Assembly (NCBI GenBank): GCA_913065025.1 | Contig: CAJYAP010000005.1 | Coordinates: 1 to 50,297 of the forward strand | Direction: 5' to 3' | Source of the DNA: an uncultured Gammaproteobacteria bacterium | GTDB taxonomy: Bacteria > Pseudomonadota > Gammaproteobacteria > Poriferisulfidales > GCA-002705445 | Length of the DNA: 50,297 bases | Shown here: one piece after another, positions 19,146 through 31,000 of the stretch | Position numbering within the stretch: the first letter of the stretch is position 1 | How the letters are laid out: the number at the start of each line of letters is the position of its first letter | Made by a program: the position numbers and the translations under genes | Notes under the pieces: generated by a model | What the model was told of the DNA's origin: nothing | Seen by the model: the letters and a program-made list of their open reading frames with translations, nothing else | Database searches by the model: none

Positions 19146-19262
19146 ATGAATAAAAAATTAAAAACAATAAGCTTAATAATTATAACATTATTAATACTAG
19201 TATCGTGTGATCAAAATGTTGATAAGAGAAATATAAATGAAGAAATATCCTTTGACAGTTAA
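19146..19262 (+). CDS. Putative small lipoprotein (38 aa), absent from ORF track
   Basis: Manual translation MNKKLKTISLIIITLLILVS-CDQNVDKRNINEEISFDS*: basic N-terminus, hydrophobic core, LVSC lipobox; stop is 6 bp before amgK (alternative ATG at 19137). Confidence 0.6.
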   Translation: MNKKLKTISLIIITLLILVSCDQNVDKRNINEEISFDS

Positions 19263-19268
19263 AATATA

Positions 19269-20258
19269 ATGCAAAAAGTAAAAATACAAAAATATATTAG
19301 TAAAGAATTTAAAGGAAATAAATTCTCTATTAGTGAAATAAAAGGTGATGCAAGCAATAGAAAATATTATAGGGCAATATCAAAAAAAAGAAAATTAATT
19401 ATAATGGATAGCAGTTTAGAAAAAAGAAATTATAATAATTTTCTAAAATTCACAAAAATATTTGAAAATAAAAAAATTAGGGTCCCAGAAATTTTTTATA
19501 AAAATTTAGATAAAAAAATTCTTGTTATGGAAGATCTAGGTAATAATTTAATTTATGATAAAGTAAATAAAAATAATTTTTTTGAAATTTATGAAAAAGC
19601 AATAATAAATATTATTGATATTCAAAAAATAAAAGATAAAAGTATTAATAAATATACAAGAGAAAAGTATTTTAAAGAAAGTTTTTTATTCTTAGAATGG
19701 GTTCTTAAAAGTTTTTTCAAACTAAAAATTTCAAATAAAGATAGTAGAAAATTAAAAAAATCATTAGATTTTTTAGTAAATAATATTAATTATGAGCATA
19801 ATAAACTCGTTCATCGTGATTACCATTCTAAAAACTTATTTTATAAAAGTAAAAAAGTAATAATTATAGATTATCAAGATGCTCTGTATGGTTCACCTTT
19901 ATATGATTTTGTTTCTATCATAAATGATTGTTATAGAGATATTGATAAAACTAGTAAAAATTTGCTTCTTAATTTATTTTTATCTACGTACAATGATGTT
20001 CATATAAAAAAGTTTTCAAATGATGAGTTTTTTCATAATTATCATTTGCTCACAACACAACGACACTTAAAAGCTTCAGGGATATTTTGTAGATTGAGTG
20101 TTAAATACAATAGACATAATTACTTAAAGCACCTATCTAGAACTTTAAATTATATAGTTAATGCTTCGTACGGTTATGGTAATCTTGATATTGTTAACTA
20201 TTATGCTCAAGAGGTTATTAATATTTTAAATGAAAGCAATTATTCTAGCCGCAGGTGA
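19269..20258 (+). CDS. amgK: Anomeric MurNAc/GlcNAc kinase AmgK (aminoglycoside phosphotransferase family)
   Basis: GDASNRKYYR, MEDLG, HRDYHSKNL, IDYQDA and QRHLKA.GIFCRL motifs; paired with murU. Confidence 0.85.
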   Translation: MQKVKIQKYISKEFKGNKFSISEIKGDASNRKYYRAISKKRKLIIMDSSLEKRNYNNFLKFTKIFENKKIRVPEIFYKNLDKKILVMEDLGNNLIYDKVNKNNFFEIYEKAIINIIDIQKIKDKSINKYTREKYFKESFLFLEWVLKSFFKLKISNKDSRKLKKSLDFLVNNINYEHNKLVHRDYHSKNLFYKSKKVIIIDYQDALYGSPLYDFVSIINDCYRDIDKTSKNLLLNLFLSTYNDVHIKKFSNDEFFHNYHLLTTQRHLKASGIFCRLSVKYNRHNYLKHLSRTLNYIVNASYGYGNLDIVNYYAQEVINILNESNYSSRR

Positions 20259-20895
20259 AGGAAAACGTTTTGGTGATATAACTAAAACAATACCTAAACC
20301 CTTAATTAAATTAGATGAACTTTCACTAATAGAACATAATATATTATTATTAAGAAAATTTGGCTTTAATGATCTAGTTATAAATGTGTCATATCTTTCT
20401 AATTTGATTATTGAATTCTTGGGATCTGGATCTAGATACAATGTTAATATTAACTACTCCGTAGAGAAACCTGGTCCACTTGAAACAGGAGGTGGCATAC
20501 AAAATGCGCTTAAAATTCTTGGTAATGAGCCTTTCTTAGTAATAAATTCCGATATTTATACTGACTGTAAACTTTCAGATATTAAAGTAAATAATAACGA
20601 CCTTGCGGCTTTAGTTATGGTCAAAAATCCACCGCACAATACTAATGGAGACTTTTCTTTAGATAATAAAAGAATCACATTAAGCAATAAAAATACAATG
20701 ACTTATTCGGGTATAGGTATTTATAAACCAGAAATATTCTCAAAATATAAAATTAAAAAATATAAATTAATTGATGTACTTTTAGAACATATAAAAAATA
20801 ATAAAATATCAGGTGATGAACATAAAGGAATATGGTATGACGTAGGTGATATTAAAAAATTAGAAAATGTTAAAAGATTATTTTTTAACAATTGA
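20230..20895 (+). CDS. murU: N-acetylmuramate alpha-1-phosphate uridylyltransferase
   Basis: ILAAGEGKR, PKPL, LETGGGI..AL, NPPHN..GDF, TYSGIG and WYDVG motifs. Confidence 0.88.
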   Translation: MKAIILAAGEGKRFGDITKTIPKPLIKLDELSLIEHNILLLRKFGFNDLVINVSYLSNLIIEFLGSGSRYNVNINYSVEKPGPLETGGGIQNALKILGNEPFLVINSDIYTDCKLSDIKVNNNDLAALVMVKNPPHNTNGDFSLDNKRITLSNKNTMTYSGIGIYKPEIFSKYKIKKYKLIDVLLEHIKNNKISGDEHKGIWYDVGDIKKLENVKRLFFNN

Positions 20896-21483
20896 TTTCC
20901 AGCTTTGACTATCTCTTATAATATTCAACGCATCATTTAGTAATGATTTCCCAGGATCTTTTTTATACCAAGTTGATAAACCTGATGGGTGTGGAAGTGA
21001 TACAATATCTATTTTTATATCGTCTTTTTTATAAATAATTTTTTTACCAACCACATCATTTAATTTTTTAAATTCTATAAACTGTGATATTGCAAGCTTT
21101 CCAACTGGTATTATTAATTTAGGTTTCAGTGAATAAATCTCGAAGTTAAGCCATTTCGAGCACTTCTTTATTTCGATTTCAGATGGTACTCTATCTCCTG
21201 AACCAGAAATATTTTTTCCCGGGTAGCATCTACATACTGCAGACATATAAATATTTTTTCTAAATTTCTCCTCACTTAAACCTATAGAAGAAAACCACTT
21301 AAACATATTTTTTCCCGCTGTCCATGCAAAAGGTCTTTTAAGATCACCTTCTTTTACTCCTGGAGCTTGACCAATTAAAATTATTTTAGATTTTATTGGA
21401 TTGCCCACTATTGGTTTTCCTTTCATATCTTGACATTTATTACATTTTAGCAGCTCTTCATGATGTTGAATTATATTATTCAC
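20878..21483 (-). CDS. Uracil-DNA glycosylase superfamily protein (probable Fe-S type)
   Basis: CxxC, LIGQAPG, RPF...AG, CRCYPG..DRVP and LPHPSG motifs; GTG start. Confidence 0.85.
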   Translation of the reverse strand: MNNIIQHHEELLKCNKCQDMKGKPIVGNPIKSKIILIGQAPGVKEGDLKRPFAWTAGKNMFKWFSSIGLSEEKFRKNIYMSAVCRCYPGKNISGSGDRVPSEIEIKKCSKWLNFEIYSLKPKLIIPVGKLAISQFIEFKKLNDVVGKKIIYKKDDIKIDIVSLPHPSGLSTWYKKDPGKSLLNDALNIIRDSQSWKSIVKK

Positions 21484-22344
21484 TTATCCAGTATATTTAA
21501 TAAAGGTTTTATATAGTTCCTTCGTAATTTCGCCACATATTCCTTCATTTATCTTCATATTATCAATAATAGTTATTGGTAGTATTCCTTGAGTGGAATT
21601 TGTAATAAATACTTCATCAGACTCTAATAATTCATTTTTAGAAAAATTTTCTATTAATAATTTATTTCCATTTTCTTTGATTATTTTTTCTATTACAAAA
21701 GAACGTGTTACACCAGGAAGTATTAGATTACTTTTAGGAGCAGTTTTTATAATATTGTTTTTTACTATAAATACATTGCTTGAGCAACCCTCTGTGATAA
21801 CATCATCTCTGATTAAAATAGCTTCATAAGCCCCTTCCTTGTAAGCTAATGTTTTAGCATATGAGTTAAATAATAGTGAGATAGATTTTATGTTGCATTT
21901 TTTCCATCTCTTATCTTCCATAGTAATTGATTTTTTCCCAATAATATTTTTTTCTTGCAAATTATCTATCTCAGAATAAAACATTGATACTGCAGTAATA
22001 TAATTTTTAGTAGCAGCATGCTCTCTCAAAACTCCGTCACTAATATCTTTTGGAGCACCTCTTGTCACCTGTATATAAAGATAATAATTTTTATATTCGC
22101 TATTATTTGTAAAATCATTAATATTTTTAAACCATTCTTTTTTAGTGTATGGATTTTCTAAACCTATCATTTTTAAACTTTCTTGAAGCCTTTTGTAATG
22201 ATCTTCTAAAAGAAATGGTTTTGAATTAAAGTATGGTATTAACTCATAAATACCATCAGAAAATAAATATCCTCTGTCAAATAAAGAGACTTTCGCATCT
22301 TTAGCATTATAAATAGTGCCATTTAAAAAAACTTTGTTTTTCAA
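21484..22344 (-). CDS. dat: D-amino acid aminotransferase (class IV PLP enzyme)
   Basis: DRGYLFSDGIYE, YIQVTRG, IKSISLL, EGCSSNVF and ILPGVTR motifs; follows the dac gene. Confidence 0.85.
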   Translation of the reverse strand: MKNKVFLNGTIYNAKDAKVSLFDRGYLFSDGIYELIPYFNSKPFLLEDHYKRLQESLKMIGLENPYTKKEWFKNINDFTNNSEYKNYYLYIQVTRGAPKDISDGVLREHAATKNYITAVSMFYSEIDNLQEKNIIGKKSITMEDKRWKKCNIKSISLLFNSYAKTLAYKEGAYEAILIRDDVITEGCSSNVFIVKNNIIKTAPKSNLILPGVTRSFVIEKIIKENGNKLLIENFSKNELLESDEVFITNSTQGILPITIIDNMKINEGICGEITKELYKTFIKYTG

Positions 22345-22345
22345 T

Positions 22346-23491
22346 TTAATTTTCTATAAAAAAGTTTGCTATATAGTCGTATGTTCTTCTGTATAAATTC
22401 CCTTCTTCTATCCTTTTTAGTGCATATATTTTTTCAGTTGCAACCACTTTATTATTTTTCCAAAAATCAATTGTTCCTAAGTTTTGATTCAACCTAACTG
22501 GCGCTTCTATTTTGGAGAGAAGATTTAATTTTGGAATAATTTTTTGATCTTCATGCTTTAAAAATGTGATATAAATATCTTTATTAAATCCAATATCTAT
22601 ATACTTTTCTTCACCATTCCATATTCTTTCTTTGGCTATAATTTTATTTTTCTGAAAATATTTTTTAGTTATAAAATTTCTAAAACCAAATTTAAAGAGT
22701 GTTTTTGCATATTTGAATCTTACTTTTGAGCTTTTAGCTCCAAATATAACTGATACAAGTCTTGTTCCTTCAAGTTCTGCTGAAGCAGATAAACAATATC
22801 CTGCTGAACTTGTATGCCCTGTTTTTATTCCATCTGCATATTCATAGGTTGTTAGTAGCCTATTTCTATTTAGTTGAGTAATATTATTATATGTATACTT
22901 TTTCTGTGAGAACCGTTTATATTGTTCTGGAAAATCTTGAATAAGTCTTTGTGATAAAATTGCAAGATCTCGAGCCGTCGTATAATGATCCTTATTGGGC
23001 ATTCCTGAAACATTTTGAAATTTTGTATTATCTAAGCCCATTTCTCCTGCAAGTTTGTTGAGCATTGTAACAAAAAATTCTTCGTCTCCTGCAATATGTT
23101 CAGCCAAGGCTACACTTGCATCATTACCTGACTGAACTATTACTCCTTGTATTAAATCCCTTACCTGAACTTTTTTACCGACTTCGACAAACATCCTTGA
23201 CCCAACCATTTTCCATGCTTTCTTACTAATGGTTACATAATCATTCTCACTTATGTACTTAGACTCTAATGATTTGAAAACAAGGTAGAGTGTTGCTATC
23301 TTGGTTAAACTTGCTGGCTCAACTTTCTTATCGAGATTTTTTCCCGCTATAATTGATCCTGATTTTACATCTAATAACGCATAACTAGACGCATCAATAT
23401 TTGGTACAGCAAAAGGATATTCATTTTCTGCATAAGTTAAATTAGTTGTAGAAAAAAATATCAGAAGTAAGCTTATTATAATTTTATACAT
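22346..23491 (-). CDS. dacA: D-alanyl-D-alanine carboxypeptidase (PBP5/6 family)
   Basis: PASLTK (SxxK), SGNDA (SxN), KTGHT (KTG) motifs and a signal peptide. Confidence 0.92.
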   Translation of the reverse strand: MYKIIISLLLIFFSTTNLTYAENEYPFAVPNIDASSYALLDVKSGSIIAGKNLDKKVEPASLTKIATLYLVFKSLESKYISENDYVTISKKAWKMVGSRMFVEVGKKVQVRDLIQGVIVQSGNDASVALAEHIAGDEEFFVTMLNKLAGEMGLDNTKFQNVSGMPNKDHYTTARDLAILSQRLIQDFPEQYKRFSQKKYTYNNITQLNRNRLLTTYEYADGIKTGHTSSAGYCLSASAELEGTRLVSVIFGAKSSKVRFKYAKTLFKFGFRNFITKKYFQKNKIIAKERIWNGEEKYIDIGFNKDIYITFLKHEDQKIIPKLNLLSKIEAPVRLNQNLGTIDFWKNNKVVATEKIYALKRIEEGNLYRRTYDYIANFFIEN

Positions 23492-23568
23492 TGCGTCCTC
23501 AGATTAAATATTTTTGAATGCTCATATTATATCATCTGCATCTTATTTTATAAAATTAATAATTAACA

Positions 23569-24078
23569 CTATTTTTTTATCACTTCAATTGCTTCAATAA
23601 AAACTCTCGTTGTACCCTGAGAAATAAAATCAAGCTTTTTTGCAGCGGCGTAAGATAAATCAATTATTCTTCCTTTTTTAAATGGCCCTCTATCATTTAC
23701 TCTTACGACTAAAGATTTATTATTTTTTAAATTCGTAACTTTCACATAGCACGGTATAGGTAAGCTCTTGTGCGCTGCAGTTAAATTATACATATTGTAT
23801 ACTTCTCGTGTAGAAGTTAATCTTCCGTGAAATTTTTTTCCATACCAAGAAGCAATGCCCTCTTCTGAATATCCTACATGTGTTTTCCATGTTGTATACT
23901 TTACACCAAAGACCTTATAAGATTTTGGATTTCCATATTTACTATATTTTTCTATTTTAGGAATTACTTTTTTAGAAGAATAATTCTTTTTATACTTACT
24001 TGTATTATCCTTTTTAATAACTGTACAGCTAGATAACAACATCGAAAGTATAATAAATATTAAATATAAATATTTCAT
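23569..24078 (-). CDS. rlpA: Septal ring lytic transglycosylase RlpA family lipoprotein (DPBB domain only)
   Basis: Lipobox [38 protein letters not shown]; no SPOR domain. Confidence 0.92.
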   Translation of the reverse strand: MKYLYLIFIILSMLLSSCTVIKKDNTSKYKKNYSSKKVIPKIEKYSKYGNPKSYKVFGVKYTTWKTHVGYSEEGIASWYGKKFHGRLTSTREVYNMYNLTAAHKSLPIPCYVKVTNLKNNKSLVVRVNDRGPFKKGRIIDLSYAAAKKLDFISQGTTRVFIEAIEVIKK

Positions 24079-25067
24079 TTGCCTGCTGCTATTCTCTCAC
24101 TAAGTGTAGATACAACCATCGCATAAAATGTACTTGGATTATAAGACATTATTACTTTAAAGTTTTTGTAGCCTAATTTATATTCTTTATTTTCTTTACT
24201 AAGCAATATTAAATATTTTTTACCTTGATTATTATTCTCTTTAATAAGAATTTTCTTTAATTTTTTTTCTGTAACCAATATGGTCTTTACATCACCTTTT
24301 TTAAAAATATCATTTATATACGTTTCTTTTATCTTTATATTAGAGTATATATTTTCATTTTTTTTCCACCCATTTTTAATTAAATAATTAGCGACACTTG
24401 CATAAATATCATGCTTACTATTCCATAAGTCTATTTTTCCATCATTATTATAGTCAACTCCTAATTTTATATAACTCTCTGGCATAAATTGAGGTACGCC
24501 CATAGCCCCTGCATATGAACCATATAATTTATCATGATCTAAATTATTTTTATAAGTTAAAACTACAAAGTATATAAGTTGTGCTTTAAAATATTTTGAT
24601 CTTCTTGGGTGTTTTAATGCTAAAGTACCTAAAGAGTCTAAAACCTTAACTCTTCCAGTTCCTTTTCCATAATTTGTTTCAACTCCTAAGAATGCAACTA
24701 TTACTTCAGATGGTACACCATACTTATTTTCTACATCTTTTAGAAGCTTGTAGTTTTGTTTATGATACTTTATACCTTCTTTTATCCTTTTTTTAGTGAT
24801 AAAAATTTTTTTATACTGATCCCATGTTGACTTTCTTTCTACTGCATTACTCATGGAATCAAGTGTTTTCTGACGAAATTGTATAGATTTTAAAACTTTA
24901 TTAACATATTCTGGATCTACATTATGTTTATTTCTTAAAATAGATTTTATTTGTTCTATTTCAATAGGATAATTCTTTAAATTCTTATTACTCTCTGCAT
25001 GTACAAAATTTACTGGTAAACATGTTGAACAGAATATTATAAAAATACATAAAGAAAGTTTGTTCAT
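24075..25067 (-). CDS. mltB: Lytic murein transglycosylase B
   Basis: [40 protein letters not shown] and YN.S..YAM motifs. Confidence 0.92.
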   Translation of the reverse strand: MNKLSLCIFIIFCSTCLPVNFVHAESNKNLKNYPIEIEQIKSILRNKHNVDPEYVNKVLKSIQFRQKTLDSMSNAVERKSTWDQYKKIFITKKRIKEGIKYHKQNYKLLKDVENKYGVPSEVIVAFLGVETNYGKGTGRVKVLDSLGTLALKHPRRSKYFKAQLIYFVVLTYKNNLDHDKLYGSYAGAMGVPQFMPESYIKLGVDYNNDGKIDLWNSKHDIYASVANYLIKNGWKKNENIYSNIKIKETYINDIFKKGDVKTILVTEKKLKKILIKENNNQGKKYLILLSKENKEYKLGYKNFKVIMSYNPSTFYAMVVSTLSERIAAGK

Positions 25068-26138
25068 TTAATTTCTCCTATTTACAGAAAATATTATACC
25101 AAATGCTAGAAAAATTGATATTAAGGAACTACCTCCTAAACTTAAAAGAGGAAGTGTCACGCCAACTACTGGCAATACTCCTACTGCCATGGAAATATTT
25201 GTTATTATTAACAGTATGAGTATTGCAGTAATACTTCCGGAAAGTATTTTGGAAAAGTAGTTTTTAGCTTTACTTGTTATATATACACATCTTATTATTA
25301 TTGCCATATAAAATAATAATAATATTAATATACCTATAAAACCAAACTCCTCAGCAAAAACTGCAAATATAAAATCTGTTCCTCTTTCAGGAAGAAATTC
25401 AAGTTGTGATTGCGTACCATTTAAAAATCCTTTGCCAAAAAATCCACCTGATCCTACAGCAATTTTTGATTGCATAATATGGTATCCTGAGCCTAATGGG
25501 TCAGAAGCTGGATCAAACATTGTTATGATCCTTTGTTTCTGGTACGGGAGTAAGAGAAACTTCCACATGACTGGCATAAAAACTATCAATAATCCTGAAA
25601 GATATGCGATATACTTTTTTCTGATTCCACCTAAGAATATTGTAATTGTCCCGCACAAAAGTATTATTAGTGATGTTCCTAGATCTGGCTGCTTAATTAC
25701 AAAAAAAATCGGTGCAAATATAATTAAAAAACTAAAAATTAGTTTTTTTAAACTAATATCTTTGTCGTCAGACAAAGAAAAATACCAGGCGAGCATCATT
25801 GGCACAGTAATTTTTAGAATTTCAGAAACTTGTAATGAAAATCCCATTACAATGATCCATCTTTTAGCTCCTTTCGAATCGTGACCCCAAAATAAGGTAA
25901 TGGCTAAAAATATTAAACAAATTATATAAATATAAGGAGTTAATTGTTTTAATTTATTAATTTCAATCGAACTAACTATAATCATTAAAATAAAACAAAA
26001 AAGGAGTCGTGAGCCTTGTCTGATTACTATATCTACATCTTGGTTAGTTGCGCTATAAAGTAATGCCAAGCCAAATAATGAAACTAACATTATAAACACA
26101 AATAAAACTGAATCTGAAATACTTAAAATTTTATTCAA
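25068..26138 (-). CDS. rodA: Rod shape-determining protein RodA
   Basis: GAKRWI, QPDLGT, DPLGSGYHI.QS.IAVGSGG, FLPE..TDFIF, LPVVG..LP; TTGA overlap with mrdA. Confidence 0.95.
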   Translation of the reverse strand: MNKILSISDSVLFVFIMLVSLFGLALLYSATNQDVDIVIRQGSRLLFCFILMIIVSSIEINKLKQLTPYIYIICLIFLAITLFWGHDSKGAKRWIIVMGFSLQVSEILKITVPMMLAWYFSLSDDKDISLKKLIFSFLIIFAPIFFVIKQPDLGTSLIILLCGTITIFLGGIRKKYIAYLSGLLIVFMPVMWKFLLLPYQKQRIITMFDPASDPLGSGYHIMQSKIAVGSGGFFGKGFLNGTQSQLEFLPERGTDFIFAVFAEEFGFIGILILLLFYMAIIIRCVYITSKAKNYFSKILSGSITAILILLIITNISMAVGVLPVVGVTLPLLSLGGSSLISIFLAFGIIFSVNRRN

Positions 26139-27979
26139 TATTTCTCTCTTATATTATCAAAATAATAGTTTATGATTTCATTACTTATCGGAGCAGCATA
26201 TTTACTTCCACTTCCAATATTCTCAATTATTGTAGCTATAACGATTTCGGGATTTTCTTTAGGTGCGTAGCCAATATAAAGTGAATGATCTTTTAAATAA
26301 TCAGGAATATCTTCTTTTTCTCTAACGTCTGTTTTCTGAGATAGTGAATAAACTTGAACAGTTCCTGTTTTTCCAGAAATATTATTATATTTATTTTTAG
26401 TTGCCCAGTAAGCTGTACCATTTTCTTGATTCACGACTTTGAACATTGCGTTATTGATAGTTTCCCAATCTTTTAAACTAATTTTGTTTTTAAGATAATT
26501 TTCTTTTTCTAAAATCTTTTTATTTTTTTTCATTTGTATATTTTTGTTCAATTTTGGAATTACAATAGATCCATTATTTGCAATTATACTTGTTGCATAA
26601 GCTAGTTGTATTGGTGTTGTTAAAAAATAACCTTGACCAATACCAGTTATCACTGTGTCACCTTTAGTCCACTTATGACCAATATTTTTCACCTTCCATT
26701 CATTTGTAGGTAAAACTCCAGATGATTCATATGGCATATCTATTCCTGTTTTTTCTCCAAAGGAGAAATATTTAAAGAATGATGTCATTTTTTGTATACC
26801 AAGATTATTTGCTAACATATAAAAATAAACATCGCATGATTGAATGATAGCTTTTTCTAAATCAACAATTCCATGGCCTTCAGGCTTCCAATCTCTATAC
26901 CTCCTATTACTATTTGGTAACTGAAAAAATGGTCCAGCATAGTACTCGGTCTTAGATTCAATTATTTTATTATGCAAACCGTTTAAGGCAAGAATGGGTT
27001 TTATTGTTGATCCCGGAGAATAAAGACCATTTATAGATCTATTAAACATTGGGCTTTTGAGTTTTTTTATTGCTTCATTATCCGTTTTGAAGTTCCATAA
27101 TTTATCATTAGGATTTATTGTTGGTGAGCTAACCATAGCTAATATTTCACCATTTTTTGGGTTCATAAGTATAGATGATCCTGCATAGTCTTTTAGTTTT
27201 GAATACATAAACTTTTGGAGTTCTATGTCTAAAGTTAAATGCACATCACTGCCTGGAGTAGCAGACTGCTCCTCTATATCCCTTATCTGCCTTCCTCGTG
27301 CATTAACTTCTACTCGTTTATATCCTGGATCACCGTAAAGAACATTTTCGTAATATTTTTCAATGCCAGTTTTCCCAGTATATTTAACATTCTTGTATTT
27401 TTTTCTATCTAATTCGAATAAATCTTTTTTATCAATATATCCAATATTTCCTAAGACATGCGCCGTAATTTCATTATGTGGATACTTTCGCATTAGGCTG
27501 GCAGTAACATCTAAACCATCATATTTATATCTAATAGCCAAAACTTTGGCAATCTCAGCGTCATTCAAATTAGACTTCAAAACTATTGAATTATGATGTG
27601 AATATCTTGACTTTTTTTTATGGAAAATTTCAATTTCTTTTTTTGTTAAACCAATTTCTTTATTGACTGCATTAATTATTTTTATTACATCTTTCGATTC
27701 TTTGATATTGATTTCTACCGAATAAAAAGAAGAATTGTCTGCTAGGACAATATTGTTTCTATCGTAAATAATTCCTCTTCTTGGGGGTGTTTGAATATAC
27801 TTTATTCTGTTAGTTTCTGATAAAGTATCAAAATGCTTAAAACTGACAACCTGAAGAAAGTAAATTCGTATTATCAAAAATATTGTCAATACTGATAAGA
27901 TTAAAATCAAAATAGCGAATCTGTTATTAAATAACCTTTCAGCGTTTACTCTGTTAAAATCCCAAAATGATTTTCTCAA
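26135..27979 (-). CDS. mrdA: Penicillin-binding protein 2
   Basis: N-terminal TM, RG.IYDRN, PGSTIKP (SxxK), SCDVYFY and GKTGT; TTG start with a GAGG RBS. Confidence 0.95.
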   Translation of the reverse strand: MRKSFWDFNRVNAERLFNNRFAILILILSVLTIFLIIRIYFLQVVSFKHFDTLSETNRIKYIQTPPRRGIIYDRNNIVLADNSSFYSVEINIKESKDVIKIINAVNKEIGLTKKEIEIFHKKKSRYSHHNSIVLKSNLNDAEIAKVLAIRYKYDGLDVTASLMRKYPHNEITAHVLGNIGYIDKKDLFELDRKKYKNVKYTGKTGIEKYYENVLYGDPGYKRVEVNARGRQIRDIEEQSATPGSDVHLTLDIELQKFMYSKLKDYAGSSILMNPKNGEILAMVSSPTINPNDKLWNFKTDNEAIKKLKSPMFNRSINGLYSPGSTIKPILALNGLHNKIIESKTEYYAGPFFQLPNSNRRYRDWKPEGHGIVDLEKAIIQSCDVYFYMLANNLGIQKMTSFFKYFSFGEKTGIDMPYESSGVLPTNEWKVKNIGHKWTKGDTVITGIGQGYFLTTPIQLAYATSIIANNGSIVIPKLNKNIQMKKNKKILEKENYLKNKISLKDWETINNAMFKVVNQENGTAYWATKNKYNNISGKTGTVQVYSLSQKTDVREKEDIPDYLKDHSLYIGYAPKENPEIVIATIIENIGSGSKYAAPISNEIINYYFDNIREKY

Positions 27980-28008
27980 ACTATTACCTCTTCTTTTATC
28001 AATAATTA

Positions 28009-31000
28009 TTAAAATTTAATTTTTTTTATAACAAATTCTTTTAAATCATCCATTATTAAATAAAAACATGGTAAAACTATTAATATCAATATAGTAGCAA
28101 ATAATAGGCCAAAACCTAAACTTACTGCCATTGGAGATAAAAACTTTGTTTGACCAGTAGCGAAAAATATTAGCGGTGAAATTCCTAAAAATGTTGTAAC
28201 TGATGTTAGTATTATTGGCCTAGCTCTTACATTACAAGCTTCGATTGTAGCTTGAATTTTATCTTTTCCCGCTTTTCTTAGTTTTTTTAAAAAATCTATT
28301 AGAATGAGTGAATCATTAACTACAATTCCTATTAAAGCTAGTAAACCAATTACAGATAAGAACTGTAAATTATAACCGAATAATATATGCCCTAGTATTA
28401 CTCCAACTACCGCAAACGGAATAGAAAATAAAACAACTAGGGGGTCTAAAATCGTTTTAAATAAAACTGCTAATATAAAAAATATGATTCCTAATGATAC
28501 AAATGCTGCTTTTTTCATATCTGCAAAATTTTCCCTGCTTCTCTTCTTACTACCTAAGTACATATACTCGTATGATGCATCTTTCTTAAAAATTTCTTTG
28601 TATTTTTTGTCAAATATATCCGTTACTTCTAAAGGAGTAATAATGCTTGGATCTACGTCAGCACTTATTTTTGCAAGTCTTTGACCATCTCTTCTTCTAA
28701 CAGTATTCATTCCTCTAGACACTTCTATATCTGCTACTTCTGCTAAGTATATTGTTTTCCCTGATTGTAAAACTATGGGTAACTGATAAAGCTTGCTACT
28801 ATCATTTCTGTATTTTTCTGAATATATCAGTCTTACTGGAACACGCTCTCCTTTCAAATTAAAGTATGCTGTTTCTAAACCTAAAAAACCTGTCCTAACT
28901 GATTCAGAAATATCAGCTTGACTTAAACCTAGCTCTTTACCCCTATTATTTATTTGATACTTAAATTCAACCTTTCCAGGATCTTGATCTTGCTCAGCAT
29001 CCTTAACACCATCAATGTTAGATAAAAAACTTTCAATTTCTTTTGCATATTTAGTTAATATTTTTTGATCTTGACCAACGACTCCTATAACAATATCAGA
29101 ACCACCTGGGCCCCCCGAAGCTTTTTTAACTGCTAATTTCTGTAGACCGGCTACAGAAGAGAGCTTCTCCCTCAAAGAATTTATTATTTCTTTTTCACTT
29201 CTATCTCTTTTACCATGGTTGTCAAAAGAGAGATTAAATATAGGAGTAACAACATAATCAACAAAACCTTGAGGACTCCTTTTCTTTAAACTTACAACAA
29301 TTTGTATATACTGACTTCCTAAATCGAATCTACTAAAATCTTTAAAACTTACACCAACATTAGTGTATAGGGATTCTAGCTCATCTTCATTTAATTCGGA
29401 TAAAATAATTTCTTCTAACTTAATTGCTAATCTTTCACTATCTTTAACACTACTGGTTATTGATGCTTCGCCATTTATAAAAAATTGACCGCTATCAACT
29501 TTCCCAAATTGATAGTAAGGAATCCTAGTTACGGCAAAAGTTATAATTACAATTAATACTCCTACTGTGATGCTTGAAACTAAATACCTATTTTTAATAC
29601 ATATATTTAGATATTTATTATAAGTTAATAAAGCTTTTTTCCATTTTTCTTTCTTTGTATTAGTTTTTTTTGGCTTTTTTAGAAAACTTGCGCAGTGAGA
29701 TGGTAATACTATAAACGCTTCCATTAATGAGCCTAATAAAGCAACAGTTACAACCAATGGAATAACTTCTATAAACTTTCCTAAGGTTCCAGAAATACTT
29801 AACATAGGTAGAAAAGCTGCAATAGTAGTTAAAGTAGAAGCTACTATAGGCCAAAAAACTTCTCTTGCTCCTAATTTTGATGCTGCAATCGGCTCCATGC
29901 CGTTCTCAATATGTCTGTAAGTATTTTCTGTAACTATAATTGCGTCGTCAACAACCATTCCAAGAGCTACTAGAAACGCAAATAAAGAAATCATATTGAT
30001 TGTGAATCCAAATACATACATTCCAAATGCTGCAACTAAGAATGAAACTGGTATTCCAAATGCTGTTATAAATGCAACTCTGGAATTTAAAAAAAAATAT
30101 AAAGACAATAGTAATAATGATAAACCTATTACTCCTGATGATTTTACTGTGTCTAACCTAGTTTTAACATTTTTTGAAAAATCACTGAAAACACTTACTT
30201 TCAAACCTTGTGGTAAAGAATAATCATTTACAATTTCTCTTACATTTTTAGATACATCAAACACAGAAGCTTCTGCAGTTTTTGTCACAGACATGTTTAC
30301 AGCTTTTTTTCCATTAAACCTTCCAACTGAGTTTTCTTCTTCTAATCTTTGCTCAACGGAAGCAATTTCTTTTAATAATAATTGCCCGCCAATATTATTA
30401 TTTTTTAATGTTATGTTCTCTATTGATTTAATAGATGACGAACCTAATCCTCTCAATAATATGTCACCCTCTAAAGCTTTTACTGATCCTCCAGGCAAAT
30501 CTCTAATATTGTTCCTTAAAGCATCAATAATTTCTCTTGTAGAAATATTTTTTGCCGATATAACAGACGGATTTATTATTACCCATACTTCATCATCTCT
30601 ATTTCCTGCTATTCCAACACCAGCAACGCCATTAAGCTGCATGATTTTTTGTTTTATATTTTTTGCATTTTTGAATAATAAACTTTGTCTTGTGTCTCCA
30701 AAAATACTTACGCTTATTACCGGAAACCTTGTTTTTACTCTTGATATCTCGGGGTCGTCCGCCTCGCTTGGAAAGCCATCTATTGCATCTACAATATCTC
30801 TAACCGATCTTAATAATTCGTCCACATCTGCTTCTGGTTTCAATCTTAAAGTTACAGCTGATACTCCTTCTGAGCTTTTTGAGTAGTAAAAGTCTATATC
30901 CTGAATATTGTCTAAAGTATCCTCTATCGGAATAGTAACCTGTTTTTCAACTTCTTCAGGTGACGCTCCATCATATTTTGTAATGATTTTAATAGCATCT

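Noticed and set aside
19146-19262. LptM/YifL lipoprotein
   Set aside because: Lacks the CG.KGPLY.P signature, so it was kept as an unknown small lipoprotein.
19269-20258. Aminoglycoside resistance phosphotransferase
   Set aside because: Motifs and coupling to murU identify the peptidoglycan-recycling kinase AmgK.
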